From: Nitrososphaeria archaeon
GTDB taxonomy: Archaea > Thermoproteota > Nitrososphaeria > JACIWG01
NCBI GenBank assembly: GCA_050011875.1
Contig: JBEKIG010000012.1
Coordinates: forward strand, 11,278-75,277
Length of the DNA: 64,000 nucleotides
Reading direction: 5' to 3'
The notes under the pieces were generated by a model, which worked only from the letters and a program-made list of their open reading frames with translations, did not search any database and was not told where the DNA came from. Positions 1-9,648 of this stretch are shown in pieces (position 1 is the first letter of the stretch; every line of letters starts with the position of its first letter). A program made the translations under genes and the position numbers.

Positions 1-390
1 GGTGACGGTTACTTTAAGGTTGTATCTCAGCTCGGTGATCCACAAAAGAAAGCTTTGGAGCTGATAAAAGAAAAAGTGATGGATAAATGGGGTTCAACTG
101 GCGTTCAGGAAACAATTAACTTCACATTTAAAGAGCTTCTCGGGCTAATCACGGTATATCCGGTTGAAGATGAGCGTACTTTATCAGATAAGAAAGGCAA
201 CGTCTTACCAGAAGCGCATTTAATCAAGAAAGGTTCTACGGCAAAGGATCTCGCTTATAAAATACACACGGATTTGGGGGAAGGCTTCCTTTACGCAATA
301 GATGCAAGAAAGGGATTAAGGGTCAGCGCTGATCATGAGCTCCTTGATTGTGACGTCATAAAAATTGTTTCAGCTAAGGCTAGGGGCTAA
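1..390 (+). CDS. ychF: YchF/Obg-family GTPase, C-terminal part with TGS domain (5' partial)
   Basis: Frame is open from base 1; VYPVED...GNVLP...GSTAKDLAYKIHTDLGEGFLYAIDAR is typical of the archaeal YchF TGS region. Confidence 0.85.
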   Translation, partial: GDGYFKVVSQLGDPQKKALELIKEKVMDKWGSTGVQETINFTFKELLGLITVYPVEDERTLSDKKGNVLPEAHLIKKGSTAKDLAYKIHTDLGEGFLYAIDARKGLRVSADHELLDCDVIKIVSAKARG

Positions 391-990
391 TTCTTTCTCT
401 TCGTTCTTTTGATAACTTAACACCTTGAGCTTTCTTATGCTCGTATATCGTATCTTAACTATCTTCTTTGAACCATCGAATATTTCAGAAGCCATCTTTC
501 CTAAAACTGATTCCAGCACGAATGGTCCAAAAGTAAGCTTATTTGCCTTCTCTTTCACTATATCATCAGCTATCTTCCTTATGGCTTTCTTCCTAGAAGC
601 GTTTATCTTAGTTGAAGTATAAATAATTCCAAAGACCCTGAGTTTCGCTCCATCTTTTGTTTCAATATTTTTATAGAAATCGACTATCGATGTTCCCTTT
701 CTAATTAAACTCTTAAGGGTTTCTCTTGCCAGTTCAAACTGCTTGAAGTTTGTTTTTGCTGAGTTTCCTTGTACCTCTTTAACTTGAAACTTCAGCTTCA
801 TTGCATGTTGTTCTTCTTCCTCGCCTACCAAGTCATATAATGTTGTTTCTACTATTCTTCCAGCAGCAAGCTCTGTATCCATAATCGGGATCTGTGCTAC
901 CACTTTGTTCCCAAATATTGCTGGAGCTTCAACTTGAAGCCACGTCTTCTCCTTCCACTTATCCTTCACTTTAATCGCTTTTCTTGGCAT
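370..990 (-). CDS. rps3ae: 30S ribosomal protein S3Ae (eS1)
   Basis: KVKDKWKEKTW...APAIFG, GRIVETTLYDL, IRKLKVL motifs; start trimmed to MPRK. Confidence 0.95.
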   Translation of the reverse strand: MPRKAIKVKDKWKEKTWLQVEAPAIFGNKVVAQIPIMDTELAAGRIVETTLYDLVGEEEEQHAMKLKFQVKEVQGNSAKTNFKQFELARETLKSLIRKGTSIVDFYKNIETKDGAKLRVFGIIYTSTKINASRKKAIRKIADDIVKEKANKLTFGPFVLESVLGKMASEIFDGSKKIVKIRYTSIRKLKVLSYQKNEEKELAPSLS

Positions 991-991
991 T

Positions 992-2515
992 TTATTCACC
1001 TAAGACTTCTTGATATTTTTCTCTTACCGAATCTGGCCAATCTTCCTCTTTAAAACCTTTTTCTGCAAGGAATGCAGCAACCCATCTGGATAAACCCAAG
1101 CCAGTGCATCCAGTCCATATTTCAACATTATCTTCACTTTTTATTTTAAAGGATTCAATAAACTTCTTTTTGTGAACAAAGCAGCCTGCCACCTCGAGCC
1201 ATTCAGACTTCTCCCTTGGCCCCCTATATGGTAGGTATATCTCTATGTCATATGCCGGGACTTCTATACTGTTATTGGGATTAAATTTAGCTGAAGATTC
1301 CTTGACATAGAATGGGGTTGCTGCTGTTATTCTCCATTCCAAATCTAATACTTTATCAGCAACATATGTCCCTCTTTCCACTATTTTATCCCTTATCTCA
1401 ACTATTTGTTCTGGTAGGCCAACATAGGTCAGCTCTATTCGCTGAAATTCTGTAACACGGACTAGACCTTCTACACCTCCGCCTTCCCATCTGTAGGTAT
1501 ATCCTGAAGCATCATAGTACTTTAGCGGATAAGAAGAAGAATTGTGCCTCGCGACGCTGTAATATTGCCAGAAAGGTTCACATTGTGCCGGAGCTAACAC
1601 ATAAGCTGGATCTCTTAAGACCTTCTTCAGTTCTTCTATCGGAATTTCTTTTGTGATTTTATACTCTTGCTTAAAGTTATCAAACGCCTCTGGCTCCCTC
1701 GGCGGCGGTGAAACATAGAACATTCCTTCTGGTATGCTGTCAAAATATCCGGGCATCTTCTTCATAACCTCAAATGGAATCAATTTTGGCAGAAGAAAAG
1801 GTTTGAATTTAAGCTCCTTTTCGATATCTTTAATCAAAATTGACTTGATTGTCTCAAAGAGTGCGCTATACTTGCTTGTGTAAATAAACTGGCCTCTACC
1901 AGGAAAGTTAACAATCCAACCTAACTCTAGTCCTGAAATAAGGGGGTCGCCAGAAAATTTCATTTTCTTTTTCTCTGAAGTTTTAACTATAGGCTGCGTC
2001 TGTTCGTATGAGGCATGTTTTTCTCTAGTTACTTCTTCCACTAAGGTTATCAGGCGGTCCACAAGATTTTCTCTGAGATCTGTCTCTTCTAGTGGTTGCA
2101 GTTCGATTATCGTTTTCTCTTTATCTGAAAGCGCAGCTGAAACTTTGGGGATGGATTTTATTTTGTTTATTGATACATCATCCATTTTCTGGTCGAGAAT
2201 GATTTCAAATTTCTTTGTCCCCGTATCCCTAATCCCTATTCTAAGTTTTTCTCCAAGATTCTTGGCGAAGACCTTTTTAAGCCTAAGCATACCTACATGT
2301 GCTCTTACGAGGTTTCCTGATGTAAGATTAACATTCAAAATATTTCCATTAACATCCCAATCGTTCAAATAGCATGCGTTATCAGGATCTCTTTCTGATC
2401 CCTTAAGCAAAGCTAACTTGGCTTCTTCTACACTTTCTTCTATAACCTTGTTAATATCCTTCTGTGCTTTGCTAAGAATAAAATATCCCTCGACGTTAAT
2501 TCTTATTTTTACCAT
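992..2515 (-). CDS. serS: Seryl-tRNA synthetase, type 2 (methanogen-type)
   Basis: SG..VRAH...LRL N-terminal domain, LAPAQCEPF, YRWEGGG..GL.RV.EF.RIE and IWTGCTGLGLSRW motifs. Confidence 0.9.
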   Translation of the reverse strand: MVKIRINVEGYFILSKAQKDINKVIEESVEEAKLALLKGSERDPDNACYLNDWDVNGNILNVNLTSGNLVRAHVGMLRLKKVFAKNLGEKLRIGIRDTGTKKFEIILDQKMDDVSINKIKSIPKVSAALSDKEKTIIELQPLEETDLRENLVDRLITLVEEVTREKHASYEQTQPIVKTSEKKKMKFSGDPLISGLELGWIVNFPGRGQFIYTSKYSALFETIKSILIKDIEKELKFKPFLLPKLIPFEVMKKMPGYFDSIPEGMFYVSPPPREPEAFDNFKQEYKITKEIPIEELKKVLRDPAYVLAPAQCEPFWQYYSVARHNSSSYPLKYYDASGYTYRWEGGGVEGLVRVTEFQRIELTYVGLPEQIVEIRDKIVERGTYVADKVLDLEWRITAATPFYVKESSAKFNPNNSIEVPAYDIEIYLPYRGPREKSEWLEVAGCFVHKKKFIESFKIKSEDNVEIWTGCTGLGLSRWVAAFLAEKGFKEEDWPDSVREKYQEVLGE

Positions 2516-2762
2516 CGTTGCCCACCATTAAAGCTTGTACACATAAACCTATGCTATCGAGAACCTCACGAACAGTGGATATTAATGTTTCGTAACCTTC
2601 TTCAGAGGACACTATTAACACTATCTTGTTTCCTATAAAATCAAAGTTGAAAGACACTTCCTTTGGAACGTTCACATTATCCGGTTTTAAAGCATTAAAG
2701 ATGGCTGAGACGATCTTCTTATTTTCTGACTCAAATGTTAGGTTTAAGGTTATTCTATTCAT
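2496..2762 (-). CDS. pcc1: KEOPS subunit Pcc1
   Basis: 88 aa, ALKPDN motif, conserved position between recJ-like gene and serS/rps3ae. Confidence 0.8.
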   Translation of the reverse strand: MNRITLNLTFESENKKIVSAIFNALKPDNVNVPKEVSFNFDFIGNKIVLIVSSEEGYETLISTVREVLDSIGLCVQALMVGNDGKNKN

Positions 2763-4161
2763 CGCCTACCTTTTTAGCAATTTCTGCAATAAACTTTTCA
2801 TATTGCTCCAAAGGTATTTTTGCTCCTGCGGCTGCTGCATGTCCTCCTCCTGTTCCCCCTATCTCTTTGACAACTTCCCTTATCACTAGACCTAGGTTAA
2901 GATCTTTGTTCGCTTCTCCTCTTCGAGCTGAAATCTTTAGGTCGTTCTCTTTTGTCTTTGTGCGTAAGATTATTATTTTCTCTTTAAATGCAAGTGAGCT
3001 TGAAAGAATTGAGGAGACCGCTCCGAGCATCTTTTCGTCCACTAGATCGTCGCCGATTACCTGTACGATTCTCTTTCCACTTTGCATTCGTTTAGGATCT
3101 GTGTTTATGACTTGGAGGTACTGTGTCAGCATTCTTCTGTAATCTTGGAGTATCTTCTCTCCTCCAGAATACGCTTCATTTCTGTCTCCTAAGCATATTA
3201 GAATTCCTGAGCCAGCTTTACCGCTTCGGCCACACGCATTGAGAAGTGAACTAAACTCTCTCGCATCTCTTAGATTTGACCTCTCCTCCTCCTTAAGCAT
3301 TGTGTAAACATTACCGAAAAGTTCCTCGACGACATCGCTTTTAGCCCCTCCTTTAGTTATGTAAGGGATGAATATCTCTATTAGCTTCATCTTTTCTTCA
3401 TAAGAGAGCTCAGAGAGCGTTCTCCATCTTTCGCCCTCTTTTACTTTGAAGTTGGCAGAAACAAGAGCTGCTAAGCATGCATCATAATTTCCAGTTAATA
3501 AGGGTATAAACGGTATATTGGTAGACGCTATTGCTTCATGGATGGGTTTCGTTTCCCGTCCATAGAATATGAGATCCTTTTCTTCTTTTATTAACCCTAT
3601 GTCCTTCGCGTCCTTTAAGGGAACTTTTTGATTTATTCCTATCAGGCTTTTTGATGGCCCTTGATCTTGTCTATCTCCAAGTGCTCCTACAACTGATATC
3701 GCTGAAAGCTCTCTGTTAGAACTGTTCATTTTCTTGGCTACGACATAGGCGACCCCTGAGCCGGAGATTTCAGTTCCCCCATCTACTCCAAATTCATGGG
3801 GGTTTAGAACTCTAGCATGCTCTATCTCATCCTTAGAACTTTGATGGTGGTCAAGGATCGTCCACCTGTCATCAAGTTCTTTATCGAAAATGCTGACGTA
3901 TCCCATTCCGATATCTGTGAAAATATAAAAGTCATATTCTTGCCTTTTTAGATTAAAGATAGCATTTGGGCTGAGATCATTGACAGCTCTTATGACGGCT
4001 TTCCCATCTTCTTTGAATATACTTTTTCCAATAATGCTTCCTGCCGTTAAACCATCTGCATCAAGATGGCATATAACAATTATCTGTTTTCTTGCGTCAA
4101 TAGCTCCTTCGATGAATTCAGAAATAACTTCTGCTTTTTCTCTGAATTCTTTAAGCCCCAT
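2755..4161 (-). CDS. RecJ-like DHH/DHHA1 nuclease
   Basis: HLDADG, LDHH, GDRQD, GGGHAAAAGA motifs. Confidence 0.9.
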   Translation of the reverse strand: MGLKEFREKAEVISEFIEGAIDARKQIIVICHLDADGLTAGSIIGKSIFKEDGKAVIRAVNDLSPNAIFNLKRQEYDFYIFTDIGMGYVSIFDKELDDRWTILDHHQSSKDEIEHARVLNPHEFGVDGGTEISGSGVAYVVAKKMNSSNRELSAISVVGALGDRQDQGPSKSLIGINQKVPLKDAKDIGLIKEEKDLIFYGRETKPIHEAIASTNIPFIPLLTGNYDACLAALVSANFKVKEGERWRTLSELSYEEKMKLIEIFIPYITKGGAKSDVVEELFGNVYTMLKEEERSNLRDAREFSSLLNACGRSGKAGSGILICLGDRNEAYSGGEKILQDYRRMLTQYLQVINTDPKRMQSGKRIVQVIGDDLVDEKMLGAVSSILSSSLAFKEKIIILRTKTKENDLKISARRGEANKDLNLGLVIREVVKEIGGTGGGHAAAAGAKIPLEQYEKFIAEIAKKVGDE

Positions 4162-4171
4162 ATATTTGGCC

Positions 4172-4621
4172 TTATTCGAGTTGAGCTATTATAGTTTTAT
4201 ATCTCCAACTTTTTTCTAGTAGTCCTTTTTCTTTGTAGTATTTTGAAAGTCTGTGTATTCTAGCTTCTGCAAGTTCCAGTGACCTAACATTATTTCCATC
4301 TTTTTTGTGCGTTTTAAGATGCTCCTGCAATTTCATAGCCTTCCTGATTAGATTTTCTAGATCAGGGGGCATTTTAGGTATAAAATTATTTTCTTTTAAA
4401 ATCTCTGTTATAGTCTTTCCTGTTATTTGTTTCTGGAGAGGTATACCATATTCATCCCTTAGCTTGATCCCTATCTTACTAGGTTCTATTTCATCAGTAG
4501 CCATTTTAATTATCAAAGAAGCTACTTCTTCAGGCGTGTATGTGACCCATTGGGGACTAAGTTTGTAAACTGGTCTAGTAGAATGTGATTTTCCCCTTTT
4601 ATGGGAATATTGTCTTGTCAT
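4172..4621 (-). CDS. rps15: 30S ribosomal protein S15 (uS15)
   Basis: RGKSHSTRP, IGIKLRDEYGIP, EARIHRLSKYYK. Confidence 0.95.
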   Translation of the reverse strand: MTRQYSHKRGKSHSTRPVYKLSPQWVTYTPEEVASLIIKMATDEIEPSKIGIKLRDEYGIPLQKQITGKTITEILKENNFIPKMPPDLENLIRKAMKLQEHLKTHKKDGNNVRSLELAEARIHRLSKYYKEKGLLEKSWRYKTIIAQLE

Positions 4622-4649
4622 GTGCGAACACACTCTCTACTTCTATGCT

Positions 4650-5219
4650 TTAAATATATTTTGTCTTTTGTAACCATTCTCCTAGTGCCCTGAATGCTTT
4701 TCCTCGGTGTGAGAGTTGATTTTTCTCAAATAAACTCATTTGAGCGAAAGTCTTTACATTTCCTTCCGGAATAAATATTGGATCGAACCCGAATCCTGAT
4801 TTCCCAACTTTAATGTTTGATATTGCCCCAACTGTTTTTTCTTTAAAGAGCATTTTTCTTCCCTTATATTTGTAGCCTACTACCGAAATAAATTCCGCTT
4901 TTCTGACTTGTTCATTTGCAATTAGACTCAAAATTCCATCACATCCGATTTTTTTGAAGACAAAAGAAGAGTAGGGTCCTGGAAAGCCATTTAACTTGTC
5001 GATAAACAGGCCTGAATCTTCGATGACAACAATTCTATTCTGTTTTTTGATTTGCTTAAGAGCATAGGCGACTATTTCTTCAAGTTTTTCAGCCTGCAAT
5101 TCTACTTTTTCAGTGTACACCGGTTCTACTTTTATCCCAAATTTTGAAAGTATCTGTCTTGCCTCATAAATTTTATTTTTGTTTTTTGTTGCAAAAAATA
5201 TTTTAATCAGGGGCTGCAT
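4650..5219 (-). CDS. rdgB: Non-canonical purine NTP pyrophosphatase (RdgB/HAM1)
   Basis: EDSGLFI..LNGFPGPYS, GFGFDPIF, SHRGKA. Confidence 0.95.
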   Translation of the reverse strand: MQPLIKIFFATKNKNKIYEARQILSKFGIKVEPVYTEKVELQAEKLEEIVAYALKQIKKQNRIVVIEDSGLFIDKLNGFPGPYSSFVFKKIGCDGILSLIANEQVRKAEFISVVGYKYKGRKMLFKEKTVGAISNIKVGKSGFGFDPIFIPEGNVKTFAQMSLFEKNQLSHRGKAFRALGEWLQKTKYI

Positions 5220-5829
5220 ATCTTCCTCTCCTCTCGATTTCTTTAACGTTCTCTAGAATTCCTTTAAGCGACGTGAACACACTACCATATCCCGTTAAAA
5301 TTTTTTCGTATCCAGTTTCATAAAATTCTGAATGCGCGCTTTTCATGACCTGTTTTAACAGATGCAGGTCAACCGCCTTGTCTTCAAGCCTTAGGGAATG
5401 AAAAGCAAGTCCAAAGTCTATGAAATAGAGTTTATCTTCCCTAACAATAAAGTTTGAAGTTGTTGGATCACCGTGTATAACATTATGGGCATGCATACGC
5501 GCAAGGTCCTTCCCTACCTCGTAGAGCATGTTGTACCCTTTTTGAGTGTCCTTCTTTAGCAGGTCTTTAACCCTTTCACCATTTATGTATTCCATAATTA
5601 TCTCTCCCTTAAAAGGGTCCACAAAATAAATAGTGGGCGCTAGAACGCCATACTTCTTAACGGTGGAGATGAACTCCGCTTCCCTTATTGTTCTAACTCT
5701 TCTTATCTTCTTGTCTAATTCCTCTCTCCAATAAGGTTTACGTCTTCTCACCTTTCTAATTACTTCTGATCCACCCCAGTGGTCAAGGTATATGTTAGCT
5801 TCAGCACCCATCCTAACTAGTCTCTCCAA
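5203..5829 (-). CDS. bud32: KEOPS kinase Bud32
   Basis: GAEA, HGDPTTSN, IDFGL, EDKAVDL, RGRY terminus. Confidence 0.95.
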   Translation of the reverse strand: MERLVRMGAEANIYLDHWGGSEVIRKVRRRKPYWREELDKKIRRVRTIREAEFISTVKKYGVLAPTIYFVDPFKGEIIMEYINGERVKDLLKKDTQKGYNMLYEVGKDLARMHAHNVIHGDPTTSNFIVREDKLYFIDFGLAFHSLRLEDKAVDLHLLKQVMKSAHSEFYETGYEKILTGYGSVFTSLKGILENVKEIERRGRYAAPD

Positions 5830-6812
5830 GTTACATCAACCTCATCTATCCTCCATGACTGTCTTACTTGACTCCTGTCAATACTTATCAAATTGTTAGA
5901 TCGATATTGCAGTAGCCCTACTAACGAAATCTGGGCTCCACAATCACCGCTAAATTCCTTTGGTATTGCTGAGAAACTTGAGCTGTGTACTTCACTCAAA
6001 CCTTTTATCATATCTTGGAGCCTTCTGTTTGCAGCGACCCCACCGGTTAATATTATCTCATTCTTTTCTGAGAACGCAAGTAGCCTTTCGGTTACCTCTG
6101 TTAGCATTGCAAAAGCTGTTTCTTGAACTGAGAAGCAAACATCTTCTATCCGGCTTCCTTTCTTGATCAAATTTTTTGCGTATGTTAATAGACCGGAATA
6201 AGAAACATCGTTGCCCTTAACCGTATACGGCATTTCTAAGTAGTTCTTACTTTGGCTCGCTAAAACCTCAATACGCTTTCCTGCCGGGGAATTATAACCA
6301 AGCTCGCGTCCGAGTTGATCAAATAACTGCCCTAAAGTGATATCTAACGTTTCTCCAAATATCCTCCATCTTTTTACTAGGTACGTTGAAACTAGCGTGT
6401 GTCCTCCTGAAACCAAGACTATTACAGGATCTTTTGATTCCGCAAAGAAGTTCGCCAATTCAATGTGCCCTATCGCGTGATTGACAGCTGTCAAAGGTTT
6501 ATCATAGTAGGCGGCAAGGCTTCTCGCCACGACCGCTCCTACTCTTAGACATGGGCCTAAGCCTGGCCCTGCTGAATATGCTATGACGTCTACATCTTCT
6601 ACACGTTTTCCACTCTTATCAAGTGCGTTCTGTAAGACCCTTCTAGCTACCCTAACATGGTGTTGTGCTGCTTCATATGGATGAATTCCTTGGCCCATGG
6701 GGGGGACATAGGTATCCTTTTCATTCGAAATTATTCTGTCATTCGATATTATTGCCACTGAAAAGGTGTGGGCCGTAGACTCTATACCAAGACAGATTTG
6801 TTCTTTTTCCAT
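5817..6812 (-). CDS. kae1: t6A threonylcarbamoyltransferase Kae1
   Basis: LGIESTAHT, GPGLGPCL, NHAIGHIE, VSGGHT, GGVAAN. Confidence 0.95.
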   Translation of the reverse strand: MEKEQICLGIESTAHTFSVAIISNDRIISNEKDTYVPPMGQGIHPYEAAQHHVRVARRVLQNALDKSGKRVEDVDVIAYSAGPGLGPCLRVGAVVARSLAAYYDKPLTAVNHAIGHIELANFFAESKDPVIVLVSGGHTLVSTYLVKRWRIFGETLDITLGQLFDQLGRELGYNSPAGKRIEVLASQSKNYLEMPYTVKGNDVSYSGLLTYAKNLIKKGSRIEDVCFSVQETAFAMLTEVTERLLAFSEKNEIILTGGVAANRRLQDMIKGLSEVHSSSFSAIPKEFSGDCGAQISLVGLLQYRSNNLISIDRSQVRQSWRIDEVDVTWRD

Positions 6813-6871
6813 TTGTTCATTTTGGGTTAAAAATTTATTTATTTATGTTTATAGTAATCAGCGAATTAAAG

Positions 6872-7333
6872 ATGGGACAGAAGCATAAAAATATGGTGAT
6901 TTTGGAAATGTCGTTTAGTGTTCACGCTACAGAAGATGAGAAGAAACTTTTGGGTATTTTGAAAAATAATTTTGGTATTGAAGAATCTGCCTTTTTTAAA
7001 ACAGTTTTTGAAGGATATCACGGTAATCCCATTTCCAAATATAATGCTACAATAACAGATGCCTTGGCACAGGACATTTTTAAAATAATTTTTAAAAAGC
7101 TGTCCTCTAACGATAAAAAAAAGTTGTTAGAAGATATCTCTCAGAATATTGATTCAACAAAGGCTCTGTACGTGAGGTTGGACAAATCAAGTCTCTTTGA
7201 GGATCGATTTAGAATTAATGGGTCTAACATCTTCCATTTCAAATTTAAGCCTAGGGTGAAATATTTAACGGAGGCGTCGGATTTTTACAAGAAATTAATT
7301 TTGGACTCTGACGATGCAAAGGGAAAAGTTTAA
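6872..7333 (+). CDS. COG1325/DUF54 putative RNA-binding protein (exosome superoperon)
   Basis: VHATEDE, EGYHGNPI, LYVRLDK motifs; position upstream of psmA. Confidence 0.85.
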   Translation: MGQKHKNMVILEMSFSVHATEDEKKLLGILKNNFGIEESAFFKTVFEGYHGNPISKYNATITDALAQDIFKIIFKKLSSNDKKKLLEDISQNIDSTKALYVRLDKSSLFEDRFRINGSNIFHFKFKPRVKYLTEASDFYKKLILDSDDAKGKV

Positions 7334-7522
7334 ATTGTTATCACGTCTATTAAAGACTTGGGATGAAGTGCAAGCCGTCCCAGACTGAGCCTTGAAGGCA
7401 TTGAAGAATTTACAACTACACTGACCAAAATATTTTCTTCATTTTGATTGGATGGTTAAAATAAAAAGGTTTAAACATACGTTTTAGAAGACTACTGTTT
7501 AGAAAAAAAGAGGTGTAGGAAT

Positions 7523-8254
7523 ATTTTCGGACCTTCGGCAGGCTACGATCGGGCGTTAACAATATTTTCGCCTGATGGACGCCTATATCAAGTGGAATAT
7601 GCTTTAGAGACGGTTAGGAGAGGTACAATAGCTTTAGGCTTGCGTGGAGTTGATGGCGTAATATTAGCTGTGGAAGAAAGAACACGCAAACTTCAAACTC
7701 CAACTCTTTCACAAAAGATTTTTCAAGTAGACGATCATGTGGGAGTTGCCGCAGCCGGATACGTACCAGACGCAAGGGTTTTAGTGGATAAAGCACGAGT
7801 CTTCTCTCAATCTAATCGTCTTCTTTACGACGAATCTGTTGACGTTGAATCAGTAGCTAAGTATCTAGGTGACTTAACGCAGGAATTCACGCAATACGCG
7901 GGTGTTCGCCCTTTCGGTGTTTCACTAATAATAGCTGGAGTTGATAGAAGAGGCCCCTCTGTTTTTCTAGTTGACCCCAGTGGAAGCTACCTACAATACG
8001 AAGCTGTATCCATAGGAGCTGGCTCTGACCAAGTAACCCAATTTCTCGAAACCAACTTTAACACCTCGATGTCCATTGAAGAATTGGCGGTTCTGGCTGT
8101 TAAATCGATTTATTTAGTGAGCGAGGATAAGGCAAGCGTCAGTCACATAAGGATAGCTTCTATAGATAATAAAACTAAGAAACTTAGGAGATATACGGAG
8201 GAAGAAGTTATGAAGTTTGCAGCAATGGCCAAGGAAAAATTCAATCCTCCATAA
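7523..8254 (+). CDS. psmA: Proteasome alpha subunit (probable ATT start)
   Basis: Frame upstream of the GTG at 7592 encodes the conserved GYDRALTIFSPDGRLYQVEY N-terminus; GAGGTG SD at 7510-7515 precedes ATT 7523. Confidence 0.92.
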   Translation: MFGPSAGYDRALTIFSPDGRLYQVEYALETVRRGTIALGLRGVDGVILAVEERTRKLQTPTLSQKIFQVDDHVGVAAAGYVPDARVLVDKARVFSQSNRLLYDESVDVESVAKYLGDLTQEFTQYAGVRPFGVSLIIAGVDRRGPSVFLVDPSGSYLQYEAVSIGAGSDQVTQFLETNFNTSMSIEELAVLAVKSIYLVSEDKASVSHIRIASIDNKTKKLRRYTEEEVMKFAAMAKEKFNPP

Positions 8255-8266
8255 GGTGTAAAAGGA

Positions 8267-8962
8267 ATGAGTAGTAAATTTACAAGTGTCCGTTTAACAG
8301 CGAATGGGGAACGTTTTGAGCTCCTTGTCCGTCCTGATCCAGCTCTTAACTACAAAACAGGTAAACCCTTAGAGCTCTCCCAAATAATAGGCATAGAAGA
8401 GATATTTTCAGATTCAGCTAAGGGGCTGCGTGTTTCTGAAGATAAACTAAAAAAGGTTTTTCATACCACTGATTTCTATACTATTGCAGAAACCATCCTT
8501 AAAAAGGGTGAGCTTCAACTAACTTTAGAGCAAAGAAGGAAGCTTATAGAAGAAAAGAAGAAGGCAATAATTGCAATACTGTCAAAAAATTTCGTTGATC
8601 CAAGAACGAATTCTCCTCATCCACCAACCAGATTTGAACAGGCTCTAGAACAGGTTCATTTGTCAATAGATCCATTCCGCCCTGCAGAAGAACAACTTCA
8701 GAATGTTGTGGACGCGCTGCGTCCAGTAATGCCATTAAAATCACAGAATGTAATTCTTCAAATAAAGGTTCCTGCTCAGTATTCATCCAAGTCCATTGGT
8801 CTCCTCAAGTCTTTTGGAAAACTCTCTAAAGAACATTGGCTTCCTGACGGCTCATATACGGTTGAACTAGAAATCCCAGCCGGTTTACATCCTGCCCTTA
8901 TCGAGAAGCTTGGTTCACTAACAAAAGGTGAAACCGAAGTTAACGTGGTGGCGAGGAAGTGA
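8267..8962 (+). CDS. sdo1: Ribosome maturation factor Sdo1/SBDS
   Basis: GERFELLV, IFSDSAKG, GELQLT.EQRR, DPRT..PHPP. Confidence 0.95.
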   Translation: MSSKFTSVRLTANGERFELLVRPDPALNYKTGKPLELSQIIGIEEIFSDSAKGLRVSEDKLKKVFHTTDFYTIAETILKKGELQLTLEQRRKLIEEKKKAIIAILSKNFVDPRTNSPHPPTRFEQALEQVHLSIDPFRPAEEQLQNVVDALRPVMPLKSQNVILQIKVPAQYSSKSIGLLKSFGKLSKEHWLPDGSYTVELEIPAGLHPALIEKLGSLTKGETEVNVVARK

Positions 8963-8969
8963 TTCTAGA

Positions 8970-9647
8970 ATGACGGTTGTTCGGTCAAAAGTTCTACCTG
9001 GTGATCTCATTGGAGACGTACCTCCAGGGCCTCTGCCCTTTAACACTTATAGGGTTGGAAACAAACTCTACTCATTAAAGGTCGGACTAGCGGAAGTTGA
9101 AGATAAAGAAGTAAAGTTCATTCCTCTCTCAGGGCCCTATATTCCACGGGTAGATGATTTCGTTATCGGGACTGTAGTCGATCTTAATGCTTTTACTTGG
9201 GATGTCGACATCAACTCCTTGTATATGGCTCATCTTCCAGCACAAGATGTCTTTGGAAGAAATTTCTCATCTGTATCAAATTCTTTAACTGAACAGTTTA
9301 GCGTTGGTGACATGATGATCGCAAAGATTGTAACATATGATAGGACAAGGGATCCGTTGTTGACGATCCGCGAACCTGGACTCGGTAAAGTATTAAGAGG
9401 CGAGCCTGTCAAGCTTTCTTCTTCGAAGATTCCACGGCTAATCGGCAAAAAGGGTTCGATGGCTAAAATCATCGAATCAAAGACAAAGACAAAGCTGTTT
9501 ATCGGACAGAATGGTATTATAATTGTTCAAGGTCCTCCTGACGGAATAGTCTTAGCAATTAGAGCTATTCGATTGATAGAAGAAAAGTCGCACGTCGCCT
9601 CCCTTACAAATATGATTAATGAATTATTGTCAAAAGAGGGTGTTTAA
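8970..9647 (+). CDS. rrp4: Exosome subunit Rrp4
   Basis: VLPGD, YIPRVDD.VIG (S1), PRLIGKKGSM, GQNG (KH). Confidence 0.95.
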   Translation: MTVVRSKVLPGDLIGDVPPGPLPFNTYRVGNKLYSLKVGLAEVEDKEVKFIPLSGPYIPRVDDFVIGTVVDLNAFTWDVDINSLYMAHLPAQDVFGRNFSSVSNSLTEQFSVGDMMIAKIVTYDRTRDPLLTIREPGLGKVLRGEPVKLSSSKIPRLIGKKGSMAKIIESKTKTKLFIGQNGIIIVQGPPDGIVLAIRAIRLIEEKSHVASLTNMINELLSKEGV

Positions 9648-9648
9648 C

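Noticed and set aside
7520-7570. Direct repeat AATATTTTCG at the psmA 5' end as a sign of a second intron
   Set aside because: The frame is continuous and encodes the conserved N-terminus; no BHB pairing was found.
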